Positions 7,649 through 16,105 of a DNA stretch of 20,000 nt are shown piece by piece. Origin of the DNA: an uncultured virus (IMG/VR IMGVR_UViG_3300031687_001200) (Duplodnaviria; Heunggongvirae; Uroviricota; Caudoviricetes); IMG/VR virus record IMGVR_UViG_3300031687_001200; one strand, given 5' to 3'. How positions within the stretch are numbered: the stretch's first letter is position 1; every line of letters begins with the position of its first letter. Made by a program: the position numbers and the translations under genes. Under the pieces are notes generated by a model, which saw nothing but the letters and a program-made list of their open reading frames with translations, did no database searches and had not been told where the DNA came from.

Positions 7649-8147
7649 AGTACCTTTTTGGATGTTACCCGCAAGTTGGGGACTAACAGGCAAAAGTAAA
7701 CTAAGAGCAAAGGCTGAGTATGAACTTACAGGCGTTGAGCTTAACAAGGAACTTGCCAGGATCGACATAGACAATGACATTGATGCTCAAGTATCAGACA
7801 TGGACATTGATGTTGAAGCTGGTAACCTAACCCAGTCAGTACGTGATAAGAAAGTTGCTGAACTGAGAGACGAACCTTGGGTAGAAGTAAAACATATGGA
7901 AGTTAACCCAGAAGATGTTAAGCAAGGATACATGGAGTTAGACTGGAATGACCAGTTTGTTGCTATGTTACATGCACAAGGATACACTGGCGAGAGCGAT
8001 GAGAGTGTAGTTAACAAATGGTTCAATGATATATGTAGAACAGTATTGTTACAAGAGAACGCTGACATGGACTTTGGTCTACAAGATGCTAACTCAGACG
8101 TAATTAAAGTAAGAAACGGTCCTACTACGGACGGTCTAGATGACTGA
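7635..8147 (+). CDS. Hypothetical phage protein
   Basis: 170-aa acidic ORF with AGGAG RBS. The EPWV...GYMELDWND.FV..L...GY.G motif resembles uncharacterised proteins of large phages. Confidence 0.8.
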   Translation: MMANKVPFWMLPASWGLTGKSKLRAKAEYELTGVELNKELARIDIDNDIDAQVSDMDIDVEAGNLTQSVRDKKVAELRDEPWVEVKHMEVNPEDVKQGYMELDWNDQFVAMLHAQGYTGESDESVVNKWFNDICRTVLLQENADMDFGLQDANSDVIKVRNGPTTDGLDD

Positions 8148-8394
8148 ACAAACATCAGCTCAGACTAAGTTGGCTATATTGGTTAACAAGGTAATAGGTC
8201 CTGCGATTTCAGACTTCGTGGCAAGTTTATCCGATGATGAGATATTAGAGCTTATGAAAGCATATAAGACCATGAATATTGATCTCATAAAAGACTTGAC
8301 TTCTGCGGCTAAAGAGCGTAAAATACAAAGTAAGCAATGGACGGAAGATAGTCCGTTTGATGCAATAATGGAACAAGGACTAGACAATAAATGA
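8140..8394 (+). CDS. Hypothetical protein
   Basis: Helical 84-aa ORF overlapping both neighbours. Confidence 0.7.
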   Translation: MTEQTSAQTKLAILVNKVIGPAISDFVASLSDDEILELMKAYKTMNIDLIKDLTSAAKERKIQSKQWTEDSPFDAIMEQGLDNK

Positions 8395-9383
8395 GCAAAA
8401 ATTACTTATTAGTAGATGGACTGAACATGTTTATGAGAGCAAAACATGTTGGTGGACGTGGAGATAGTATCGACATGAAGATCGGTATGGCTATGCACAT
8501 TATGTTTAATAGTATTAATAAGTGCTGGAACAAGTTTGACGGCAGTCATGTAATAATATGTTTAGAAGGACGTTCATGGCGTAAGGACTTTTATAAGCCT
8601 TACAAAGCAAATCGTAAAGTAACAATGGACAAACGTAGTCCTAGAGAACAAGAGGACGATGAGTTATACTTTGAAGCGTATGACGACATGGTACAGTTCT
8701 TTTCTAACAAAACTAATTGCACCGTACTAAGATGTGAGACTGCAGAAGCAGATGATATGATTGCTACTTGGGTACAACAACATCCAGAAGATAATCATAT
8801 GATAGTAAGCACAGACAGTGACTTCTATCAACTGTTAGCAACCAATGTACAGCAGTACAACGGCACTACAGATCAAATAGTTACACTAGAAGGTTGGCAT
8901 ACGTTGAAAGACGGCAAGGTAGTTATAGATAAAAAGACTAAAGAAGAGAAGGTACCAGTAGATCCTAAATGGGTACTGTTCGAGAAATGTGTTAGAGGAG
9001 ATAGTTCAGACAATGTATTTGCAAGTTATCCCGGCGCAAGACTTAAAGGGACTAAAAACAAAACAGGTATTCGCGAAGCCTTTGATGACAGAGCATCTAG
9101 CGGATACAATTATAATAACTTTATGTTGCAAAGGTGGGTCGACCACGAAGAGCAAGAGCATAGGGTTAGAGACGATTTTATTCGTAATGAAATACTAATT
9201 GACTTAACATTGCAACCCGATGAGATTAAAGAGTTATGTATACAACGAATGAATGAGCAGAAGAAGACGGAACCGGTGGCTAACATTGGCATTCACTTTA
9301 TGAAGTTCTGCTCTAAATGGAACTTGCAACGTATGGGTGACCAGGTCACTACATATCAAGCAATGTTGAATGGGAGTCATTGA
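8391..9383 (+). CDS. rnh: T4-type RNase H / 5'-3' flap exonuclease (PIN-like)
   Basis: LLVDGLN, SWRK..Y..YKANR, EADD, IVSTDSDFYQL and GDSSDNV acidic motifs. Confidence 0.92.
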   Translation: MSKNYLLVDGLNMFMRAKHVGGRGDSIDMKIGMAMHIMFNSINKCWNKFDGSHVIICLEGRSWRKDFYKPYKANRKVTMDKRSPREQEDDELYFEAYDDMVQFFSNKTNCTVLRCETAEADDMIATWVQQHPEDNHMIVSTDSDFYQLLATNVQQYNGTTDQIVTLEGWHTLKDGKVVIDKKTKEEKVPVDPKWVLFEKCVRGDSSDNVFASYPGARLKGTKNKTGIREAFDDRASSGYNYNNFMLQRWVDHEEQEHRVRDDFIRNEILIDLTLQPDEIKELCIQRMNEQKKTEPVANIGIHFMKFCSKWNLQRMGDQVTTYQAMLNGSH

Positions 9384-9580
9384 TGACCGAATCAAATGAT
9401 AAAGAGGAAGCAGATGCTGACTACGATATTATGTTCGAGAAGATCAGACACCCAGAGAAGTGGCCCGCTTGGGGCAAGAAGTATATTTATGAATCACCTG
9501 ATAAAGGTAAGACAGTATACGCCAGAGAATTTGGCAAGCCACATGAAGAAAGAGTTTTAATTAAAGGAGAAGAACAGTGA
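9380..9580 (+). CDS. Hypothetical phage protein
   Basis: YIYESPDKGKTVYAREFG motif; coupled ORF. The start may be ATG 9383. Confidence 0.7.
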   Translation: MMTESNDKEEADADYDIMFEKIRHPEKWPAWGKKYIYESPDKGKTVYAREFGKPHEERVLIKGEEQ

Positions 9581-10098
9581 TTAAATTTAAAGAATCGGTA
9601 AAACTACAAAAGATAAGTGATGATGCGTGGATCGTTAATGACGATACAAAACGTGTTGGTATCCTACACAAAACCATACAGGATCAATACACTTACTTAG
9701 ACAGGACAGAAACAATCCAGTTCGCAGACCAAGAAGAAGTAACAGACTTTTTCCAGAACCAGTTTGTGTTCGATGAAGAGACTGTAATGGACGTAACAGT
9801 TCCTGCAACGTTTTACATTAAAGGTTATCCTGTTGACTATCCAAGTCCAGTACCAGTTGAGCCTAGCGATGAGGACTACATGGAAGAGATTCCATTGTTT
9901 GCTAAGACAGAAAACAGCAAGGTATACTATGCCGCAGGTTGGTACGCTATTAACTTTGAAAAAGGTTGGAAACATGGCAACTGTCCTAAGTTAAGCACAC
10001 TAATTACATATGGTTACGAAGGTCCATTTAAAACTAAACTAGAGCTAAAGCAACGTCTTAAAGTTCTGAACAAACTAAAGAGAAACTTTGCTAAATGA
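9577..10098 (+). CDS. Hypothetical phage protein
   Basis: GTG start after AGGAG; C-terminal YYAAGWY...CPKLSTL..Y.YEGPFKT motif. Confidence 0.8.
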   Translation: MIKFKESVKLQKISDDAWIVNDDTKRVGILHKTIQDQYTYLDRTETIQFADQEEVTDFFQNQFVFDEETVMDVTVPATFYIKGYPVDYPSPVPVEPSDEDYMEEIPLFAKTENSKVYYAAGWYAINFEKGWKHGNCPKLSTLITYGYEGPFKTKLELKQRLKVLNKLKRNFAK

Positions 10099-10292
10099 AG
10101 ACTGATTTAACTTATACTGAAAAGTTTTTAGTACAAGTAGAACGGTTGCGTGAAGCAAATGAACCTACTGCGGAGTTTAGCGTACACTTTTTAACCCAAG
10201 TATGCAAAGAATTAAACGAAAACTTTAAAGTTGATCTAAACGTAGGCATCGAGCCTATTAGTAATAAGGTGGATGGAGGAAGATTCAAATGA
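10095..10292 (+). CDS. Hypothetical protein
   Basis: ATGA-coupled ORF ending in VDGGRFK. Confidence 0.7.
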   Translation: MKTDLTYTEKFLVQVERLREANEPTAEFSVHFLTQVCKELNENFKVDLNVGIEPISNKVDGGRFK

Positions 10293-10444
10293 AAGACTTA
10301 AAATTGCAAGATGTAATAGATAAGACTATACATCAAAAACAACAGTTAAAGTTTCAAGAGAAAGCAGTTAACGACCAGCAAAAATCTATCGACGAGCAGA
10401 CCAAACGTATTGCGGACCTATTGAAATCCAAAAACGGTGCGTAG
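10289..10444 (+). CDS. Small coiled-coil protein (51 aa; missing from the ORF track)
   Basis: MKDLKLQDVIDKTIHQKQQLKFQEKAVNDQQKSIDEQTKRIADLLKSKNGA. GGAGG RBS and ATGA overlap; fills the gap. Confidence 0.65.
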   Translation: MKDLKLQDVIDKTIHQKQQLKFQEKAVNDQQKSIDEQTKRIADLLKSKNGA

Positions 10445-10814
10445 TAAAGTAATCGACAGACAGTTTTGGGAACACTCCTGTAAGATGGATGGTCCTATTA
10501 TGATTGAAAAGGGTCAGCCATGTAACTGGTGCGATGAGAAAGATTGTAGCGGACCCGTGTGGAGAACTGACTGCGGATACAATCACTTTTTTCATCATGA
10601 GATCCAATGGCAGAGTAAATACTATGACGGAACTGATGAAAGATGGAACGATGTTGGTATTGATCATGGCGTTCTAGATGACATAAATACTAATGCGAAA
10701 GGAAAATACGGGTGGAACTTTAATATAGTTAGAGACCAGAAGATTGCAATGATCTCATTTGAAGACGAAGATGATGCGTTATGGTTTCGATTAAAGCACA
10801 GCCCACAGACATAG
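10437..10814 (+). CDS. Hypothetical protein with Cys/His-rich N-terminus
   Basis: WEHSC...PCNWC motif followed by a domain ending FEDEDDALWFRLK. Confidence 0.7.
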   Translation: MRSKVIDRQFWEHSCKMDGPIMIEKGQPCNWCDEKDCSGPVWRTDCGYNHFFHHEIQWQSKYYDGTDERWNDVGIDHGVLDDINTNAKGKYGWNFNIVRDQKIAMISFEDEDDALWFRLKHSPQT

Positions 10815-10824
10815 GAAACAACAC

Positions 10825-11052
10825 ATGATTATAGAAATATTTGGTAAAGATAACTGCCCATTTTGTGATATGGCAGTAAACAAAGCAGAACAAATGACAG
10901 AGAACGATCACCAGTACACATACAAAAAACTAGATAGAGACTTCAGCCGAGAAGAACTATTTGAGAAATTTCCCACAGCAAGAACATTCCCACAAATCGT
11001 AGTAGATGGTAAGGCTATCGGTGGCTGGCAAGAGTTTAAGGACATAGTATAA
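10825..11052 (+). CDS. Dithiol glutaredoxin
   Basis: CPFC active site and RTFPQI..DG..IGG. Confidence 0.93.
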   Translation: MIIEIFGKDNCPFCDMAVNKAEQMTENDHQYTYKKLDRDFSREELFEKFPTARTFPQIVVDGKAIGGWQEFKDIV

Positions 11053-11357
11053 TGAGTACCACTGAAGACCAAATTAGAGAAATTATCGAAGGCAACGATG
11101 TTATATTGTTTATGAAAGGCGATCCTTATCAACCTCAATGTGGTTTCAGTGCTAAAGTTGTAAACATACTTAAAGAAATTGGTAAGCCGTTTGGATTTGT
11201 TGACATCTTAGCAGACCAAGACATCAGAGCTACACTACCTAGCATCAGTGATTGGCCCACGTTCCCACAATTGTTTATCAAAGGTGAACTGATTGGTGGT
11301 TGCGATATTATCACCGAGATGCATGAAGGTGGCGAGTTAGACCCGCTAATTCCATAA
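11052..11357 (+). CDS. grxD: Monothiol (CGFS) glutaredoxin Grx4
   Basis: LFMKG.P..PQCGFS, WPTFPQLFIKGELIGGCDI. Confidence 0.96.
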   Translation: MSTTEDQIREIIEGNDVILFMKGDPYQPQCGFSAKVVNILKEIGKPFGFVDILADQDIRATLPSISDWPTFPQLFIKGELIGGCDIITEMHEGGELDPLIP

Positions 11358-11358
11358 T

Positions 11359-11940
11359 ATGAGAGACAGAGACTATCTAGAGGACGAATTCAAAGACATT
11401 CCTCAAGGTCGAGTGTTAATAATTGGCGGCAATCAAGGAGATAATAATCCAGCATGGGGACTAATACAGTCTGGGTGGAAGGCTGTTATATGTGAGCCTG
11501 ATCCTTTTGCTTTTAGTATACTAATAGACAATACCAGTCAGTATGCTGATAACATCACAGTTGTTAACTCTGCTATTTCATCAGAGTCTAGTGTGGCTCC
11601 ATTTTACCTGTCGATTGGTAGACCTGCTATGTCCAGTATGAAAAAGGATTGGTTAGCAGAACAAGATTTGATACCCGATGAAGAGAAGACACAACGCAGT
11701 ATACTAACACATGCCTTGAGTGTTCAACAGTTACTAGAGCATGTAGGAAAAGACTTTGACTTAGTAGTTATCGATGCAGAAGACATGGACGAAGAAATAC
11801 TAGATGCATTTGATTGGACGCAGTTAGAAAACTGTAGAATGGTATGTGTTGAGTCTCCGCGTGATGGGTTTAATCGGCTAGCCGATGCTGGATACAAGTT
11901 AGTAAATAGTACTGAAACAAATCATTACTTCAAGAATTAA
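11359..11940 (+). CDS. FkbM-family SAM-dependent methyltransferase
   Basis: VLIIGGNQG, GWKAVICEP, VVNSAIS and FDLVVIDAEDMD motifs in FkbM order. Confidence 0.75.
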   Translation: MRDRDYLEDEFKDIPQGRVLIIGGNQGDNNPAWGLIQSGWKAVICEPDPFAFSILIDNTSQYADNITVVNSAISSESSVAPFYLSIGRPAMSSMKKDWLAEQDLIPDEEKTQRSILTHALSVQQLLEHVGKDFDLVVIDAEDMDEEILDAFDWTQLENCRMVCVESPRDGFNRLADAGYKLVNSTETNHYFKN

Positions 11941-11963
11941 CAGACGTTTTAATCGTATTTTTA

Positions 11964-11971
11964 GATAAATA
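11964..11971 (+). promoter_or_regulatory. Putative late promoter (GATAAATA, similar to T4 TATAAATA)
   Basis: Lies in one of the few intergenic gaps, about 40 nt before ATG 12012. The same octamer precedes the minus-strand gene. Confidence 0.55.
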
Positions 11972-12011
11972 AGTGTGTTGAGCTAGTATACTTCTAGCCC
12001 GGAGACACACA

Positions 12012-12323
12012 ATGAGTAGACCAAAACCAGTAATACTGCTAGAAGCAGTCCATAAAGACACATATAAAGCAGAGCAAATACTTGCCGCTGAAGCAATATA
12101 CAGTGTATTTTATGAAGACAAGCCCATTAACATGCGTACTTTAAACAAGTTAGTAAGTTATCCCGGACCTAAATATAAAAAAGTTTCGTTCAGCAATAGC
12201 GGACATGCTTTTAACCTTTCAGAAAAATTAAACAAAATGTTTAATACGAATAGTTTCACCGTAGTGAGGCTGACATCAGGAGTGGTTGTAAATGAAGAAG
12301 ACGTCATTAATTCCGATATGTAA
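12012..12323 (+). CDS. Hypothetical phage protein
   Basis: GGAG RBS; MSRPKP..LLE and KYKKVSFSNSGHAFNL motifs; function unknown. Confidence 0.8.
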   Translation: MSRPKPVILLEAVHKDTYKAEQILAAEAIYSVFYEDKPINMRTLNKLVSYPGPKYKKVSFSNSGHAFNLSEKLNKMFNTNSFTVVRLTSGVVVNEEDVINSDM

Positions 12324-12834
12324 CGCTGTATTCAATGCTGACACTATCGTTCTAACTGATGGCGAAAAACTATTACGACTCAACAACGTATTTGATGAAG
12401 ACTTAATCCACAACTTACAAGATCTCAAGGACGACATTGCTCCTAGAAAAGAAGCACGAAATAGACAAACATGGGACTTACAATTAGCCGATGAAGATAA
12501 GGAAGCTATCAAGTCAGCAGTTGAAACAGCAATGGATACCAAATATCAGCACATGGGTGTAAGCCTATGGGAAGACTCGGAAGGGTATTACACACAGAAA
12601 CATATAGAAGAAGAGCATGTCAATGCATCCATGCAAGTATATCTCCCGGCAGACAACTGTGCATTGCCCAACACAGGCAGTATAGTTTACGACGGTATAC
12701 AAGAGTACCAAGTACCTTTCGTTCCTAACACAGGATACATTTTATCTAATAGTAACACAACTGTTCACAGTAGTGGCGAGCCAGTTAAGGCTGGACATGT
12801 AAGACGTAGTGTCTACTTCTACTTTAGAAAATGA
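12292..12834 (+). CDS. 2OG-Fe(II) oxygenase superfamily protein
   Basis: HxE (KHIE)...MQVYL...PFVPNTGY...distal H (TVHS)...R.S (RRSVY) facial-triad layout. The start is uncertain. Confidence 0.75.
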   Translation: MKKTSLIPICNAVFNADTIVLTDGEKLLRLNNVFDEDLIHNLQDLKDDIAPRKEARNRQTWDLQLADEDKEAIKSAVETAMDTKYQHMGVSLWEDSEGYYTQKHIEEEHVNASMQVYLPADNCALPNTGSIVYDGIQEYQVPFVPNTGYILSNSNTTVHSSGEPVKAGHVRRSVYFYFRK

Positions 12835-13199
12835 ATCAAGATAGCCTACAATACCAAATAGCATTCAAACTCCAACAAGAATACGATACATTAACTAAGT
12901 ATCCAGTTAAGGAAGTGTTGTACATGTTATTTAGAAACATACAACTAACAGACAACAAGATCTCTGGACTTAGGATGACTAAGCTGGGTTTTGGTTTGCT
13001 CAAGAGCCAGTATGCTTACTATCCTTTTCTTATAGGAGAGGAAGGAGTACACAAGAACTTGTTAATAACATTGCACAAACATATGATGTGGCCCTACTAC
13101 ATTGATAAGAAACAGTTAGTAATGTTTAGTGGCGACGATGCTATGTGGATGAAGATGTATGGAAACGATATCGAGAAATTCACAAAAAGCATAAAATAA
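12831..13199 (+). CDS. Hypothetical phage protein
   Basis: GLRMTKLGF...L.L......PYYI motif; ATGA-coupled. Confidence 0.75.
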   Translation: MNQDSLQYQIAFKLQQEYDTLTKYPVKEVLYMLFRNIQLTDNKISGLRMTKLGFGLLKSQYAYYPFLIGEEGVHKNLLITLHKHMMWPYYIDKKQLVMFSGDDAMWMKMYGNDIEKFTKSIK

Positions 13200-13214
13200 G
13201 GGCTAAATATAGCT

Positions 13215-14366
13215 ATGTCAAGAGATTACAGCACAATACAACCCTGGAGTCAATCATCCACCTTACCCAGATTATCACAGCCACATGAATCCTTAAATGG
13301 TAGAATAGAAAAGTCTGATATCAAAGGATTTAAAAAATTCCAATGGCAACCTAGTGACACTCGAGCATTGGCACATGATAGTTGGAGTCATACATTCGAT
13401 GAGCTGTTTTATACAGTAAACAGACAAAACTTCAGAGCAGATCAATTTAACAAGGTAAACGATAAGCCTGTACTAATGAGTCTAGGCGATAGTTATACAT
13501 ATGGTATAGGTGTACGTGATGCTGAGACTTGGCCCAGCATAGTAGCAAACAAACTGGACATGGTTAACTGGAACATGTCAAGTGGCGGAGGGTCTAATCA
13601 GGACATGTATTTCATATTCCAGCAAATGATATCCGCTGGCTATATTCCAGATGTAGTATGTATCATGTGGTCATTCAAGGAGAGGAGTGTTGTGAGTAGA
13701 AACGTTATCTCACCTGTGGTTGAAGAAACAGATATAATGCCTGCCGTTGGTCCTGGTTCGAAAGCAAGTGGTAGTGGTTCCTTAACATACTATCTCGATG
13801 GTGTAACCGACGGGGTTGGTAAGCCGATGAGAAATGATCCTGAGCAAAGGGCTACAGCATACAGCAAATCAATTAACACTATGCTAGAGAGAAGGCTAAA
13901 TGTGCCAGTGGAACAACGAAAGCATGTGGATGATATACATCATAAAATAACCACCAAGTTCCAGGGAGTTGGTAATGATGTTGAAATAAAGTCATCGGGT
14001 AGTACGAGCGATGCACCGCTAACTAAGTCATTGTTATTACAATCTATGCACACAGACGCAGAATATACTGACTTTTTTATTATTCGTAGTGCTATTGTTA
14101 ACCTATGTAAAGCACACAATATTAAAGTTAGAGAAACATTCCAAGATCATCTATTACATAAGTTTGCATTGGCATACATAGTGCCGGTGGAGGGTTGGAG
14201 TACAGGTCCGTATCCGTTAAATCCATACACATTACAAGAGGACTATGCTAGAGACTCTATACAAGAAGGCACAGGACATTTTGGTCCAGCAACACTAGAA
14301 GCAATAGCAAATTATTATTTAAGCACATTGCACAATGAACGCAAATTGTACAATGAACAGCCATAA
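13215..14366 (+). CDS. SGNH/GDSL-hydrolase-like protein
   Basis: LGDSYTYG.GV....TWP, NMSSGGGSN, V.IMWS and C-terminal RD......HFG. It is preceded by CTAAATA (13203-13209). Confidence 0.7.
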   Translation: MSRDYSTIQPWSQSSTLPRLSQPHESLNGRIEKSDIKGFKKFQWQPSDTRALAHDSWSHTFDELFYTVNRQNFRADQFNKVNDKPVLMSLGDSYTYGIGVRDAETWPSIVANKLDMVNWNMSSGGGSNQDMYFIFQQMISAGYIPDVVCIMWSFKERSVVSRNVISPVVEETDIMPAVGPGSKASGSGSLTYYLDGVTDGVGKPMRNDPEQRATAYSKSINTMLERRLNVPVEQRKHVDDIHHKITTKFQGVGNDVEIKSSGSTSDAPLTKSLLLQSMHTDAEYTDFFIIRSAIVNLCKAHNIKVRETFQDHLLHKFALAYIVPVEGWSTGPYPLNPYTLQEDYARDSIQEGTGHFGPATLEAIANYYLSTLHNERKLYNEQP

Positions 14367-14387
14367 AAAAGCACACCGAAGTGTGCT
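14365..14387 (-). terminator. Rho-independent terminator with cUUCGg tetraloop
   Basis: The minus strand reads AGCACAC-TTCG-GTGTGCT-TTTTT just downstream of the minus-strand ORF, between convergent genes. Confidence 0.9.
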
Positions 14388-14404
14388 CTTCATAACCATA
14401 TAAA

Positions 14405-15052
14405 TTATACGATTGGGTTTCCGTTCTCATCCATAGCTGGTGCTGGCATATCTGTAGGCATAGTCTCTACATTTGGCTCAACGTGCTCTGGCATGTCTGT
14501 AGGCATTGGTGCTTCTACTGGCATGTCTGTAGGCATTGGTGCTTCTGCTGGTGCTGGTGCTTCATAATGAACTTCATCATGTGCTGGCATAGTGTTAGCT
14601 TCTTGGAACTGCTCACCTACGTCCATAGCTGGTACTTCAGCAACGTGCATTTCTGCTTCGTCATGCTGTTCATACTCGTATGCTATTGCGGCTGTAGTTA
14701 AGTAGTCATTTGACCAATCATCGTGCTCTGTCTCAACCCACTCACCACCTTCGTAGTTAGTGTTGGTATCACAGTTATAAATGTAGTCGTTCTCGTCCCA
14801 TTCGACTGGAACTGGCTCCATCCATGTTTGTGTTACTAGGTCCCAATATGCGCCATCTCCAAAACCTTCTGGTTTTGCGTGAGTTGGTGTTGCTGGATCC
14901 ATGTAATCACCTGTTGTTGGTGCATTGAATGTAAAGTCATATGTTTCAACTGGCTCTACGTGTGGAATATCAATCATCATTTGTTCTAGTTCGACTAGTT
15001 GTTTTCTGAGTGAGTATATTAAATTGGCTATATCTGCTCTTGGGTCTATCAT
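14405..15052 (-). CDS. Highly acidic, Pro/Met-rich, repeat-containing hypothetical protein
   Basis: 215-aa ORF with AGGAG RBS on the minus strand, an upstream GATAAATA and its own terminator. Confidence 0.85.
   Translation of the reverse strand: MIDPRADIANLIYSLRKQLVELEQMMIDIPHVEPVETYDFTFNAPTTGDYMDPATPTHAKPEGFGDGAYWDLVTQTWMEPVPVEWDENDYIYNCDTNTNYEGGEWVETEHDDWSNDYLTTAAIAYEYEQHDEAEMHVAEVPAMDVGEQFQEANTMPAHDEVHYEAPAPAEAPMPTDMPVEAPMPTDMPEHVEPNVETMPTDMPAPAMDENGNPIV
14443..14547 (-). repeat. Coding tandem repeat (30-bp unit x2 plus a partial third copy)
   Basis: 14488-14517 and 14518-14547 are 29/30 identical. 14443-14461 matches 18/19. The repeat encodes (EAP)MPTDMP. Confidence 0.9.
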
Positions 15053-15116
15053 GTTATCTCCTGTATATGTGAGGGTTAATTTGCAAATTTCAGTGTGTTT
15101 CTGTGTTATGTCACTG

Positions 15117-15143
15117 TATTTATCGTATTTTCGTGTATAAATA
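15117..15143. promoter_or_regulatory. Back-to-back putative late promoters
   Basis: GATAAATA on the minus strand (15117-15124) and a perfect T4 late consensus TATAAATA on the plus strand (15136-15143). Confidence 0.55.
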
Positions 15144-15218
15144 ACAGTATAGTATTACTAATACAGGCCCTTAAGGGCAATTAGATGCACTTTTACCAGT
15201 TTTTACGGTAAAAAAAGG

Positions 15219-15247
15219 TTGACTTTGACCACGAAAACCGGTATAAT
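15219..15247 (+). promoter_or_regulatory. Sigma70-type early promoter, copy 1
   Basis: TTGACT-17 bp-TATAAT with an upstream A-tract. Confidence 0.9.
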
Positions 15248-15277
15248 ATATGTATATTAAGCAAAAAAGGAAACAAT

Positions 15278-15679
15278 ATGTTCGTAATAGTAAATAAGAA
15301 AAACAACTCAATAGCAACTGAGCCTAGCAGACGTCAGTCAAACAACATGTATTCTACAGCGGCGGCGGCTAAAGCTGGTATTACTAGAACTATTAAGCAT
15401 TATACCAAAGCAATTGAACAAGTTGCTGAAGTAGTTGCTAATGGTGAAGCTGAGTATATGGCTCCAATGTACAACATATTTAGAGAAGCTACTGATAAAG
15501 ACCTTGGTAGAACTCATTATGCTGATAAGGCTAACTACAGAGTTATGGACAGTCAAGAGTATATGCTAATTGAGCCTATGGTTGAGAAGCGTAACATAAT
15601 GACTGGTGAGACTTTTAAGGAGTCAATTAACACTCCTTACTATTTGTCAGCTAGTTCAGAAACTTATTGGAGTGCTTAA
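15278..15679 (+). CDS. Hypothetical phage early protein
   Basis: Directly downstream of the promoter, with AAGGA RBS and C-terminal NIMTG...NTPYYLSASSETYWS motif. Confidence 0.85.
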   Translation: MFVIVNKKNNSIATEPSRRQSNNMYSTAAAAKAGITRTIKHYTKAIEQVAEVVANGEAEYMAPMYNIFREATDKDLGRTHYADKANYRVMDSQEYMLIEPMVEKRNIMTGETFKESINTPYYLSASSETYWSA

Positions 15680-15680
15680 G

Positions 15681-16034
15681 ATGTCAGATTACAAAATTAT
15701 TGATGTTAACGAGAGAGATCCTTCAGGGACTTCTCTTAAAGGTTACATACAAGAAGATTATTCAACACTAGTTCAAGCGTTCGGTGAGCCACACTATCAG
15801 CAAACAGCAGATGCTGTCGAAGATAAGGTTTTCACTTCATGGGAACTAGAGTTTACTATCCAAGAGGATGGTGAAGAGGAATTTGAAACATTCCGTGCAA
15901 CAATTTATGATTGGAAAGAAGATAGTCCTAGGGTGGCAAAAGAGACACCCAAGTACAAATGGCATGTAGGTGGCGACCACTACTTGTCTGTCGATGCTGT
16001 TCAGAAGTGGATAACACAGACTTATACCTCATAA
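15681..16034 (+). CDS. Hypothetical phage early protein
   Basis: ATG 15681 after GGAG. GTSLKGYI...FGEP...DKV...ATIYDWK...WHVGG motif. Confidence 0.85.
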   Translation: MSDYKIIDVNERDPSGTSLKGYIQEDYSTLVQAFGEPHYQQTADAVEDKVFTSWELEFTIQEDGEEEFETFRATIYDWKEDSPRVAKETPKYKWHVGGDHYLSVDAVQKWITQTYTS

Positions 16035-16039
16035 AAAGG

Positions 16040-16068
16040 TTGACTTTGACCACGAAAAGTGGTATAAT
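16040..16068 (+). promoter_or_regulatory. Sigma70-type early promoter, copy 2
   Basis: TTGACT-17 bp-TATAAT; the spacer is 15/17 identical to copy 1. Confidence 0.9.
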
Positions 16069-16105
16069 AGTTATATAAACAAAAGATAAAGCGTAGGAGC
16101 ATTAT

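Noticed and set aside
11982..11998. GCTAG-N7-CTAGC hairpin before the RBS of ORF 12012
   Set aside because: A 5-bp stem is expected by chance, and there is no U-tract.
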